NCBI GenBank assembly: GCA_963702435.1
Contig: CAVPCR010000003.1
Coordinates: 384,001 to 448,000 of the forward strand
Length of the DNA stretch: 64,000 bases
Origin: Candidatus Eiseniibacteriota bacterium
GTDB lineage: Bacteria > Eisenbacteria > RBG-16-71-46 > CAVPCR01
Direction: 5' to 3'
Within the stretch, counting starts at the first letter, position 1, and each line of letters begins with the position of its first letter. Shown here one piece after another: positions 23,239 to 35,893 of the stretch. A program made the translations under genes and the position numbers. The notes beneath the pieces are model-generated. The model had not been told where the DNA came from. It was given only the letters and a program-made list of their open reading frames with translations, and ran no database searches.

Positions 23239-26200
23239 CTAGGGACCTGGAGCGGCGTCCGGCCGCCCGCGAATTGCCGCGGTGCGCGTGCGGCTGTCGC
23301 CCGCGAGAAGCTGCGCGGCCCTGGCGCGCGCCGCCGCCGCGGGAGACGCCGGGGGACCACCACGCAATTCTGCACCATGGGCGGTCACCGCTTCTCTGAG
23401 CGCTGCCGCCTCGCCCCGGGAATCCACCGGCAGGGCCCGGGCCGTATCGGCGGCGCTGGTGGCCGGCAACCCTCCCCCCGCCTCCATCCACCCGAGCCGC
23501 GCCAGGGCCACATCCACGTGCGAGGCGAGGGCGGCGCTCATCGGAGCGAGCATGGTGCCCGACGGCATGGCCGCGAGCACCGGCACCGCGCGCGGATCGC
23601 CGCCGGCGCCAAGGGCGTCGATCAGGAGCCCCGCGCGGTAGGAGTCCCCGCGCTCCGCGAGCGCGCGCGCGAGATCGGCCGTCGCGAGCGGACCCGCCCG
23701 CCCCAGGGAACGCGCGGCGGCGAGCCGCACGCCGGCGCTCGAATCCGCGAGCGCCGCGATGAGCTTGGCCGGCGCCGCCGCCAGCTCCGGCGCAGGCGTC
23801 GCGAGCGAATCCCGGCGCGCCGCCTCGAAGCGCTCCCCGAGCGCGAGCGCGGCGGCCTGCCGCACCGAGCGATCGGGGTCGGCGAGCCCCGCGGTGAGGA
23901 CCGAGAGCGAGCGCGCGCCGCCGCCGCGCCCGAGCGCGAGCAGCGGATCCCGCCCGCACCCGCCAGCTCGGGTGCCTTGTCGCCCGCGCGAGCTCGCGCT
24001 CGACACCGGTCGCCTCGACGCGCTCGAGGCACCACGCCGCGCCGCGCGCCGCGCGCTCGTCGGGCCCGGCGAGCACCGCAGCGAAGTCCTTCTCGACCAG
24101 CTCCGGCCCGAGAAGGAGCGCGAGATCCTTGATCGCATGCCGCTCGACGGCCTCGCGGGTGCCGAGGCGCGCGGCGAGCTCGCGCGAGCCAGCGCGTCCG
24201 CGGCGCGATGATCTCCGCGCGCGCCCGGTCCCGCTCGGTCGTGAAGCGCGGAGCGCCCGCGGATGCGCGCGCGAAGAGCCGCGCGAAGGAGAGCGTGCGG
24301 AAGCTGTCGGGCACCGCGGCGAGCGGGGCGACCGCGGGGCGCGGTTCGTAGGGCTCGCGCTCCGGCGGCGCGACCCGCTCGAGCGGGCCGAGCGCGGGCG
24401 GCGATGCGAGGCCCGGCCACGGCGGGGCGGCGAGCTCGGCGAGCGCCGCGATCGCCGCCTGCGCGGCGTCGACGCCGATCCCGTGCTCGCCGTTCTGCCA
24501 CAGGCGCTCGTCCGACGCTGCCGAACCGAGATAGAGGTCCATCCCACCGGCATCCACGAGGAGCCCCACGCTCCCCTGATGGCGCCGCAGGTTCCCGTAG
24601 CCCTGGGTCGTCGCCGCGTTCCGCACCGTGTACGAGTCGTCCCCGGCGAGATCGAGGAGGAGCCCCGCACCGTTCGCGTTCCCGGCGCCCTGGCCGAGAT
24701 CGCTCGCGTCGTAGCGATCGTTCCCGGCCCCGTCGACGAGCGCGCCGAGCCCGAGGTCGTGCCCGCAGCCCTGCGAGACGCCCTTCGTGCGGTAGAGATC
24801 GTCGCCCGCCTCGTCCACGAGCGCGGCCACGGCCACGTGCACGCCGGCGCCCTGCGTGTAGTTGAACCCGTCGTAGTGGTCGTTGCCGCCGCGATCGACG
24901 AGGCCGCCGAGCGCGCACCAGTACGCGCTCCCCTGCGCGAACACCTCGGCCAGGTAGCGATCGTGGCCGCCGCCGTCCACGAGCAGCCCGATGCCGCCCG
25001 AGCCGCGCGGCCGGAGCCCGTAGCCGAAGCCCTGCGCCATGCTGAGGGTGGTCGTCGGATCGCGGAGGAGATCCGAGAATCGAGGCTGGCAGAGATAGAC
25101 ATCCTCGCCCGCCTGGTCGGCAAGGAGTCCGAGCCCGCCGACGAAGCCGAATCCCTGCGTGTACGTGCTGCCCTGATAGAGGTCGCGCCCGCTTACATCG
25201 CGAAGGAGCCCGAGTCCGAAGGCCCCCGCGCCGAGGCTCATGCTGCCGCAGAGATAGCGATCCTCTCCGCTCTCATCGACGAGGAGTCCGAGCCCGGCGA
25301 ACGCGGCGCCGCAGGAGCCGTCCGCGGCCCGGTAGAGGTCGTCCCCGGCGAGGTCGACGAGGATGCCGTAGCCGAGGAGCCCCGCCGCGAGCGAGTAGGG
25401 CGCCGGCCCCTCGTAGGTGTCGTTCCCGGACACATCCACCGCCAGCGCAAGAAGTCCCGGCTGGCCGCCGTTTCCTCCGGCGCCCGCCGCGTACACGTCA
25501 TCGCCCCCGAGATCGACGATGAGCCCGCAGGGGATGAGGTAGCGCGTCGGCCCGGGCCCGCCGAGGACGGCGGGGCGCCCGTCGGCGAGGCGGTAGACCG
25601 CGAGGACATCCCCCGCGGCCGGCGGGTCTCCGACCCAGCGCGGAACGGGAAGCGTCCGGCCGCCGCCCGGGGCCGCGGCGCGCGTCAGCCCGCCCGCCGC
25701 CACCGCGCGGTCCGCCAGATGGGCCGCCGCCACCGCCGCGGCGAGGAGTTCCTGCCGATCGATCCGTCCCGCCGCGGTCAGCACGCGGGCGACGACCGAG
25801 TCGGAAGCCGCCTCCGCCGCTGCGATCTCGTCGATGCCGAGGGATGCTTCCTCCTCGTCGAGGCGGAGGAGGTCGGGACCCGCGGTCGCGAGCAGGGATC
25901 GCTCGGCGCTCGCGATGGCGTCGAAGGCGGCGCCCCAGGCAAAGCTCCCCTCGCCGCCGACGAGCGCGGCAAGTTCGACGAAGACCGCGTCGAGGTCTTC
26001 GCCGGCCGCGCTCGGGAGCGCCTTCCCATCCTCGCCGCCCGGAGCCGGCGCTCCGCCGCGCAGCACCCCGGCAGCTGCCGCGACGAGCCCCGCGCAGTCG
26101 GGCGCCGCGGCGAGCATGTGCGCCAGGCTGTCCACCGTCGCCGCCGTGTGCCGTGGATTCACGAGCAGCCCATCCACGAGGCGAAGGCGGAACGGATCGG

Positions 26201-26375
26201 GATCCTCGTAGTCGGTGCGGAAGGAGACATCGGCGGGACGGAGACAGGCGACGGAGAGAGCGCCCGCGAGGAGCGAGTCGACCGCGGGCGCGGGGGGGAG
26301 CGCGGCGCTGCCGGTCGCGGCGCCAAGAAACGCCAGGCCGAACCCGGCGAGAATCAGCGTCACGTGGCTTCTCAT
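23239..26375 (-). CDS. Large secreted protein with DxxGxDxY repeats and C-terminal HEAT repeats, about 2 apparent frameshifts
   Basis: Signal peptide and about 11 D-x-x-G-x-D-x-Y units. HEAT-like LADPDRSVRQAAALALG. Frame switches near 24200 and 23945. Confidence 0.65.
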
Positions 26376-26473
26376 GATCGATCGCCTCACCACGACCTTC
26401 GATCCACTACGCTCGGGCGGCCACGGAGCGCGACGCCACTACGTGCGCGGCGGCCACCGCGAGCTGCGACCGA

Positions 26474-27964
26474 CTACAATCCGCGGCCGTCCTTGAACGC
26501 ACCACCGAGCCAGCGCACGATCCGCGGCGCCGCCTCCTCCACCTCGCGGAGGAGGGCGGTGCCGTGCGCGGCGCCCGGGAAGACAACGACCTCCGAGCGC
26601 GCGCGATCGAGCCCGGCGAGCATGGCCTCCGCTCCCGCCATCGCGGTCGGATCGTCCGCGGCGGCGAGGATCAGGGTCGGCCGGCGGCGCTCGGCGGTCA
26701 CGGCCGCGACGAACGGCGCGGCCGGACCCGGGCTCAGGAGTACGAGAGCCTTGATCTGCGTCTCGCCCGCCGCGGCGAGCGCCGCCACGAACCCGCCGAG
26801 GCTTGCCCCGACGAGAGCGACGGGCTGCCCTCGCACTTCCGGCAGCGCGCCGAGGTGGCGTTGCGCGGCCATCACATCGAGCAATGCGCCGTGGATGAAA
26901 CTCGCCATGTCGTCCACGAAGACGCGCGGCGCGTACACGGCCGGGGTGACGGAAGCTCCGTGTCCGCGGGGATCGAGCGTGAGCGCGGTCACGCCCGCCG
27001 CGGCCAGCGCCCGGGCCAGGGAATCGAGATCAGCGCGCGCGCCGCCGAACATGGGTACGAGGATGGCCGCCGGGGTCCGCTCCTTGCCGGCGCCGCGGTA
27101 CAGAGTGGCCGCGAGCGGAAACCCGTCGACCGCCTCGAGGCGAAGGATGCGGCCGCCGGCCGCCTCGATCCCCTCGAGCTCCGCCACGTCGCGCGCCACG
27201 ACTTCTCTCTCCACGTCCTGCTCGATCGGGAGCGGCTTCCCGGCCGGCGTCGTGCGATAGAGGCGTCGCAACCGGGCCCGGAGGTCCGGATCCACGCCCC
27301 GGGCGCGCACGAGATCGGCGACCAGGAGGTCCGTGGCGTCCTCGATGCGCCCGGCCGCATCGTACACATCCACGAGATGGCTCCGGATCTCCGGGGTGTC
27401 GGGCGCCATGCGGTTGGCAAGCTCGAGCGTGGTGATCGCCGAGTCGAGCTTCCCCTGCCGGAAGAAGGTCCAGCCGAGCGAGTCCCGGTAGTACCCGAGC
27501 ACGTGCTCCGGCGTGTCCGGCGATGCAACGGCCAGGGCTCGCCGCACGAGCTCCTCGGCGCGCGCGAGCTCCACGTTGTCGTCGGCGTAGAGGTAGCCGA
27601 GCGTGTTGAGAAGGTCGGCGTCCTCGGGCCGGCCCGCCACCGCCATCTCCAGGTAGCGCGCAGCCTCCTCGTTGAGCCCCTGGTTCACGTAGAGGCGGCC
27701 GAGCGCGTCGGCGGCCCGGTAGACCCAGGGTTCGGCGGTCGCTTCGTGTCCCGCGATGAGCTGCTCGAGCGCGAAGATGCGGAACTCCGGCGGCAGGCTC
27801 GGATCGGTGAGCAACGAGTCGACGGCGGCCGCGCGCTCGCCCGAGGTCAGGCCGTCCTCCGCGCTTGCCGGCGGCGAACTCGCCGCCACCGCGCAGAGCA
27901 CGAAGAGCGCGATGCGGAGGACGCGCGCCACGGCGGCGCCACGGAGCCATCGATCTGACAGCAT
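26474..27964 (-). CDS. Secreted TPR plus alpha/beta-hydrolase fusion protein
   Basis: Signal peptide, TPR motifs (LNTLGYLYAD, DSLGWTFFRQG), DPRGHG, nucleophile elbow GASLG and a C-terminal HG. Confidence 0.75.
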   Translation of the reverse strand: MLSDRWLRGAAVARVLRIALFVLCAVAASSPPASAEDGLTSGERAAAVDSLLTDPSLPPEFRIFALEQLIAGHEATAEPWVYRAADALGRLYVNQGLNEEAARYLEMAVAGRPEDADLLNTLGYLYADDNVELARAEELVRRALAVASPDTPEHVLGYYRDSLGWTFFRQGKLDSAITTLELANRMAPDTPEIRSHLVDVYDAAGRIEDATDLLVADLVRARGVDPDLRARLRRLYRTTPAGKPLPIEQDVEREVVARDVAELEGIEAAGGRILRLEAVDGFPLAATLYRGAGKERTPAAILVPMFGGARADLDSLARALAAAGVTALTLDPRGHGASVTPAVYAPRVFVDDMASFIHGALLDVMAAQRHLGALPEVRGQPVALVGASLGGFVAALAAAGETQIKALVLLSPGPAAPFVAAVTAERRRPTLILAAADDPTAMAGAEAMLAGLDRARSEVVVFPGAAHGTALLREVEEAAPRIVRWLGGAFKDGRGL

Positions 27965-28000
27965 ACCTAGTGATGTCCCTTGCCCGGCCGGAGGGCGCGA

Positions 28001-29179
28001 TCAGAGGGGCGGCACGGTCCCGACGAGCGCCGCCACCGGCTCCCCGGCCACCTCGACCACGCGCTGGATGACCTCGCCCAGCTTGTTGTCGGGCGTCGAG
28101 GCCCCGGCGGTGAAGCCGATGACAACCGCGCCCGCGGGCAGCCAGTCGCGGGTCGTCAACCGCTCCGGCCGATCGAGCCTGAGATGGTGGATCGAGTCGG
28201 CCGTGATCTCCGAGGCCTCCTCGATATGGTAGGTGGGCACCTGTGCGGCCGCAATCCGCGCGAGGTTGTGCGTGTTCGAGCTCTCGTAGCCGCCCACCAC
28301 GATCATGAGGTCGAGCGGCGGCGAGGCGAGGAGCTCGAGCACCGCATCCTGGTTCTCCTGCGTCGCGCTGCAGATGGTGTCGAAATCGCGGAAGTGCTCC
28401 CTGAGCGCGCCCGCTCCGAAGCGCCGCGCCATGGCGGCGGCGATCCGGCGCGCGATCTCGCGCGATTCGCTCGCCAGCATGGTGGTCTGGTTGACGAGGC
28501 CGATCCGTCCGAGGTGGAGCTCGGGATCGAATCCCGGCGACGTGGCGCCCCCCAGCCGGAGCGCGAGGTCGTCGCGCGGTGTCTCGCCGCCGAGGACGGC
28601 GCACAGGAGGTCGGCCTCCGCGAGGTCGGAAACGACGATGTAGTGCCCGCCCCGGCTCCGGATGAGGGAGCAGGTGGCGCGGGTCTCGTCGTGGCCGACC
28701 TTGCCGTGAATGACGAGGCTGAATCCATCCCCGACCAGCCGCTCGGTGCGCCGGTGCGGGCGCTCGACCCAGGGACAGGTGGTATCGAGGACCGTGCAGC
28801 CGATCGCGGCCAGCTGCTCGAGGTCCTCGACCTCGGCCGAGAACGCAGGGATGACCACGAGGTCCTCGGGGCGAAGCCGGGCAAACGCGCTGCCCGCCTC
28901 GCCGCCGCCCTTCACGAAGCGGACGCCGCGCGCAGCCAGATCACGGTTCACCGACGGATTGTGGATGATCGGGGAGAGGAGCCAGATCGAGCGGCCCGGG
29001 TTCTGCGCGATCGCCTCGTGGATCATGGTGACCGCCTTGTCCACGCCCCAGCAGAACCCGAAGTTCCTGGCGCAGCGGAGCGTGAGGCGACCGATCCCGA
29101 GCTCGAAGCCGGCCTCGCGCAGCCGGTCGATGATCGGACTCCGATAGGAGGCGCGAGCCACTGGAAACACCTGGATCAT
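28001..29179 (-). CDS. ispH: 4-hydroxy-3-methylbut-2-enyl diphosphate reductase
   Basis: GFCWGV, IIHNP, DTTCPWV, DTICSATQ, SSNT and TAGASTP. Confidence 0.92.
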   Translation of the reverse strand: MIQVFPVARASYRSPIIDRLREAGFELGIGRLTLRCARNFGFCWGVDKAVTMIHEAIAQNPGRSIWLLSPIIHNPSVNRDLAARGVRFVKGGGEAGSAFARLRPEDLVVIPAFSAEVEDLEQLAAIGCTVLDTTCPWVERPHRRTERLVGDGFSLVIHGKVGHDETRATCSLIRSRGGHYIVVSDLAEADLLCAVLGGETPRDDLALRLGGATSPGFDPELHLGRIGLVNQTTMLASESREIARRIAAAMARRFGAGALREHFRDFDTICSATQENQDAVLELLASPPLDLMIVVGGYESSNTHNLARIAAAQVPTYHIEEASEITADSIHHLRLDRPERLTTRDWLPAGAVVIGFTAGASTPDNKLGEVIQRVVEVAGEPVAALVGTVPPL

Positions 29180-29219
29180 GTTGCGCTCACTCTACCATGA
29201 CCTCGGTTGGCGGAAAGCC

Positions 29220-29254
29220 GAAGGGCCGGCTCCCTGAACGGGAACCGGCCCTTC
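29220..29254 (-). terminator. rRNA operon terminator hairpin
   Basis: GAAGGGCCGG.TCCC/GGGA.CCGGCCCTTC inverted repeat just past the 5S gene. Confidence 0.7.
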
Positions 29255-29264
29255 TCAAGTAAAT

Positions 29265-29381
29265 CCCGGCGACGTCCTACTCTCCCACACAGTCTCCCAT
29301 GCAGTACCATCGGCGCTGGAGGGCTTAACTGCCGTGTTCGGAATGGGAACGGGTGTTTCCCCTCCGCCATGGTCACCGGAA
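29265..29381 (-). rRNA. rrf: 5S rRNA
   Basis: Reverse complement contains CCCGTTCCCATTCCGAACACGG, GCCGATGGTACTG and GGGAGAGTAGG. Confidence 0.95.
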
Positions 29382-29606
29382 ACTCGTCGGCAGACGGCGC
29401 GCGTGCCGCTGCCAAGCTCGACAACTGCATACCGGGATGAACGGAAGTCGCGTGACCGTGCACGTTTTAGTTCGGTCAAGCCTCACGGCGGATTAGTACC
29501 GGTCGGCTGAATGCGTTGCCGCACTTACACCTCCGGCCTATCGACCAGGTCATCTCCCTGGAGCCTTTAGGCAGGTTACCCTGCGGGAGACCTTATCTTG
29601 AGGTGA

Positions 29607-29637
<31 letters not shown>

Positions 29638-29751
29638 TCCTCCCAACATAGCTACCCAGCGGTACCACTGGCGTGATAGCTGGCACACTAGAGGTTGGTC
29701 CGTCCCGGTCCTCTCGTACTAAGGACAGCTCCTCTCAAGTCTCCTGCGCCC

Positions 29752-29905
<154 letters not shown>

Positions 29906-30072
29906 CGGGGAAGATCAGCCTGTTATCCCCGGGGTACCTTTTATCCGTTGAGCGACGGCCCTTCCACTCGGAACCGCCGGGTCACTAAGCCCTGCTTTCG
30001 CACCTGCTCGACCTGTTTGTCTCGCAGTCAAGCTCCCTTCTGCCTTTGCACTCGACGCGTGATTACCGACCA

Positions 30073-30103
<31 letters not shown>

Positions 30104-30109
30104 CTTTTG

Positions 30110-30142
<33 letters not shown>

Positions 30143-30390
30143 GCAATGTCCCTACGCCTGATCAAAGGCTATAGGTTAGAATTCCAACAACACGAGGGTG
30201 GTATTTCAACGTTGGCTCCGCGGAAGCTAGCGCCCCCGCCTCAATGCCTCCCACCTATCCTACACACGCCTTGCCAGAACCCAATGCCAGGTTGCAGTAA
30301 AGGTCCACGGGGTCTTTCTGTCCAGTCGCGGGTAAACGGTATCTTCACCGCTGCTTCAGTTTCGCCGAGCTCTTGGTCGAGACAGCGGTC

Positions 30391-30443
<53 letters not shown>

Positions 30444-31066
30444 CGGTTAACCCCTCCGGTTTCCCGGAGAGCCGGACTTTATCTTGACTGGCCTCGGTTC
30501 ATCTGGCCGGCGATAACGCGGATTCGCGCAATCCCGGCCTCGCTCAGATGATCCCCCCGCTCCATCATGAGGAGAATGCGGCGGAACTTGATGAAGTCCA
30601 GCCGCTTCCTCGACTTGAGCGGGCTCTTGACGAAGAAGGGAACGATGGTCTCGCGGAGCTGGTCTGCGCCGCGCACTCTGTACGCCATCCGGTCGCCGTG
30701 GTTGCGCTGTACAACGCCGCAACCGAAGAACGCCTTCAAAGCGTGAAGTAGCTGCACATCCCGCTCGTGCTGCACGACACTGAATTCGGGCAGCACCTGG
30801 AATCCGGCCTGCATCTCCGGATGGGGGTTCACCCCGACGAAGAAGCAGCCTTCACCATCCACGAAACCGGTTACCCATCCTGCATCAAGTTCCATCAGCC
30901 AGCCCCGAACGTAAAGTCTCTGAGGGTTCTCGCGGATGCGAGCCTTCCCTGCGGATTGTCCCCATGTCCGATCGGATTTTTACTGCCGCCTGAGCAGCGA
31001 GTACCGATCGGCTGTGCGAGGAGTTTCCCGCATATAGTTCGGTTTTACTAAGGCTAGCGTCTTCTA
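30444..31066 (-). mobile_element. Group I intron at the 23S position equivalent to E. coli 1931
   Basis: Insert splits CCTAAGGT^AGCGAAATT and ends in G. P1 CUAAGGU/GCCUUAG has the U-G pair. Core elements AATCCGCAGGGAAG, TCAGAGACTTTA and AAGATAAAGTCC are present. Confidence 0.92.
30479..30895 (-). CDS. Single-motif LAGLIDADG homing endonuclease, intron-encoded
   Basis: [12 protein letters not shown] motif, PEFSVVQH and IVPFF. Intact 138-aa ORF inside the intron. Confidence 0.92.
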   Translation of the reverse strand: MELDAGWVTGFVDGEGCFFVGVNPHPEMQAGFQVLPEFSVVQHERDVQLLHALKAFFGCGVVQRNHGDRMAYRVRGADQLRETIVPFFVKSPLKSRKRLDFIKFRRILLMMERGDHLSEAGIARIRVIAGQMNRGQSR

Positions 31067-31110
<44 letters not shown>

Positions 31111-31204
31111 ATTTTGTAGCTTCGCCCCCGAAGGGGCTGACCACGCCACTTAACCTTCCGGCACCGGGCAGGTGTCAGACCCTATACGTCGCCTCATCGG
31201 CTTA

Positions 31205-31235
<31 letters not shown>

Positions 31236-31909
31236 TTGACCCATTTCTCTGCGCCCCCCCGCAGCTTTGTCCAGTATTGAACTGACCGCAGGAGGGACCC
31301 CTTATCCCGAAGTTACGGGGTCATTTTGCCGAGTTCCTTGACCAAGACTCACTCGAGCACCTTAGGATTCTCACCCCACCTACCTGTGTCGGTTTACGGT
31401 ACGGTCGTCCGACAAGCTCCCATAGAGGTTTTTCTTGGCAGCATGAGCCAGATCAGTTGGCTTGCCCGAAGGCTCGTTTCCCCATCACCTCTCGGAATTG
31501 CCCCTCTGGATTTGCCTGGAGGGACTCCCTACTGGCTTGGACCGGCACTTCCGATCGCCGGCTGATCCTTTTCTTCTGCGTCACCCCATAGGTGAAACGC
31601 TTGACTGACGGTACAGGAATGTTGACCTGTTTCCCATCACCTACGCCGTTCGGCCTCGGCTAAGGGACCGACTGACCCTGAGCGGATTAGCCTTCCTCAG
31701 GAAACCTTAGGTTTTCGGTGAGCGGGTTTCTCACCCGCTTTCTCGCTACTCGTCCCGGCATGATCACTTCCGCCTCGTCGACGGCACCTCACGATGCCGC
31801 TTCTTCCTAGTACGGAACGCTCCCCTACCAAATGCCATGGCGAACCATGACAAGTCCGCAGCTTCGGTGCTGTGCTTGAGCCCCGTGGATTGTCGGCGCG
31901 GAATCACTT

Positions 31910-31973
<64 letters not shown>

Positions 31974-32011
31974 AAGTAGTTCCACATCCTTAATCACTTA
32001 GCACAGACTCT

Positions 32012-32044
<33 letters not shown>

Positions 32045-32562
32045 CTCGGCTATGAAGCTTATCCCACACAGCCTTACTCCCGGGGTACAAGTGTACGGCA
32101 TTCGGAGTTTGAATGGGTTTGGTAGGCTTGTAGGCCCCCTAGCCCAGTCAGTGCTCTACCTCCGTCACTCATTGTCCCGAGGCTAGACCTATATCTATTT
32201 CGGGGAGAACCAGCTATCACCGAGTTTGATTGGCCTTTCACCCCCATCCACAGCTCATCCCCTAGCTTTTCAACGCTAGTGAGTTCGGTCCTTCACGCAC
32301 TTCTACGCGCGCTTCAACCTGGCCATGGATAGATCACACGGTTTCGGGTCTGCTGCACGCAACTGGGGTCGCCCACTTAGGACTCGCTTTCGCTACGGCT
32401 CCGCGCCTGAGGCGCTTAACCTACGCTGCGTACAAGCAACTCGCCGGGTCATTATGCAAAAGGCACGCCGTCACCTCGGCCACGAACCGAAGTCCATGGC
32501 TCTGGCTCCGACCGCTTGTAGGCACCTGGTTTCAGGTTCTATTTCACTCTCCTCCAGGAGTA

Positions 32563-32602
<40 letters not shown>

Positions 32603-33408
32603 GTCAGGGAGTATTTAGCCTTGGGAAGTGGTCTTCCCGGATTCCCACAGGGTTACTCGTGTCCCGTGGTACTTGGGTGCTCAACACAAGGAGCTGCTTC
32701 GACTTTCGCCTACTGGGCTATCACCGTCTATGGCTGGCTTTCCCAAAACCATTCGGCTAGTCGGGCAGTTTGTAACTCCTCCGTCGGATCCGCGCCCCGA
32801 CGAAGCTGAGTCCCACGACCCCGGCCGCACAACGCACGCGGGCTTTAACGTACGGACCGGTTTAGGCTGTTTCCGTTTCGCTCGCCGCTACTCAGGAAAT
32901 CGCGATTGCTTTCTCTTCCTGGGGGTACTGAGATGTTTCACTTCCCCCCGTTTGCTCCCCCAGGCCTATGTATTCAGCCCGGGGATGACAAGGCATTACC
33001 CCTGCCGGGTTTCCCCATTCGGAAATCTCCGGGTCTAAGGTTGTTTGCACCTCACCGGAGCTTATCGCAGCTTACCACGTCCTTCATCGCCACCTGACGC
33101 CAAGGCATCCACCAAGTGCCCTTAGTAGCTTGACCGAACAAAAGGCGCTCGATCACTCGACATTTCCTTCGCCAATGCAAGAAGCATTGCGAAGATCCGT
33201 CATCCCGGTATGCAGTTGTCAAAGATCATCGCCCCCGGACCCACACAAGCCCTCACGGGCTCGAGCCGCAGGCATCGGCGACCGATCCGGCCGCTTCGCG
33301 CGCTCCGCGCTCGGTGCGGGTGCAGGGGACACGAAAATCTTGGGTCGTGGTTGGGCGGCGTTTCCGCCGGCCCGCGCCGGTGAGAACCGGGGGCCGTGCG
33401 AGCCTAAC

Positions 33409-33484
33409 TGGTGGAGATTACCGGGATCGAACCGGTGGCCTCCGGCTTGCAAAGCCGGCGCTCTCCCAACTGAGCTAAATCCCC
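33409..33484 (-). tRNA. tRNA-Ala(UGC)
   Basis: GGGGATTTAGCTCAG...TTGCAA...GGTTCGATC...CCA cloverleaf in the ITS. Confidence 0.95.
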
Positions 33485-33534
33485 GACGCCTGGGTCCTGA
33501 TCCCGGCCCGCGGCTGTACCCGGCCGGCTCAAGC

Positions 33535-33611
<77 letters not shown>

Positions 33612-33788
33612 AACCATAGTGGGACCGGGCTCATCCGGTCGGCAGTCTGCGCGGGCCGAGGCTCCATCCCCGCCGCTTCCGAGCGACGAGGACCGCCACC
33701 ACGAACATCGAATAGCGCGCCGGCCGTCTGAAGTGCTCAGACGGAACCGATCGACCTGTGAGCTCTACGAGCCCGAGGCTCGATGGCT

Positions 33789-35348
<1,560 letters not shown>

Positions 35349-35515
35349 GTTGTAAAAAACGGTGCCTTTAACAGCCTGGAGCCACCCGATGGCGACTCCA
35401 AGAGTCTGGCAAGGTTCTCGTGAGCCCTTCTCGGAACGTTACCGAGTCGGTCCGTTCTTCTGAAGGGCATCGGTTTCGCTTCACCCTTCAGACGGACCGG
35501 CGTGCGCTATTCGAA

Positions 35516-35780
35516 TGTCAAAGATCGTTGAACGCCGGTTTTCGACCAGCGTAGAGCCGAAGAGTGAACTTACCCAGCCCGCGACAGCGAGTCAAGTCCT
35601 TTTTCGAGAAGCCGTCCCGGCCCCCCGATGCGACCGTAAGCGCTGGACCTGGTGCTGATTAGCGGGACCCGGACTGGACCGGACCGGACCGGACCGGACC
35701 GAATCCTCGGCCGGGGCCGTCCACGGGCATCTCACTTCCGAGCGCGGGAGAATGTAGGGGCCGACGCCCTCCGGCGTCAA
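35516..35780 (-). promoter_or_regulatory. Tandem rRNA promoters and boxA-like site
   Basis: TTGACG-18-TACATT (35780-35751) and TTGACT-17-TAAGTT (35595-35567). ATCTTTGACA at 35525-35516 recurs in the ITS near 33226-33217. Confidence 0.65.
35671..35701. repeat. (GGACC)n pentamer tandem repeat between the rRNA promoters
   Basis: ggactggaccggaccggaccggaccggaccg. Confidence 0.85.
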
Positions 35781-35893
35781 GGGGAATCTCGCCCCCTGTC
35801 GCGACGGGCGCGACGCCCCGGCGCCCCCACCGGCCGGCGGGACCGGTCCCCGCCTTGACCCCTCTCCACGGCCCCGGTACCGTGCGCTCGAGC

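Noticed and set aside
24129..27260. Long antisense or alternate-frame ORFs (also 4060..6765, 14119..16515, 35903..38008)
   Set aside because: They are shadow ORFs expected in very GC-rich DNA, lie opposite recognisable genes and contain no motifs.
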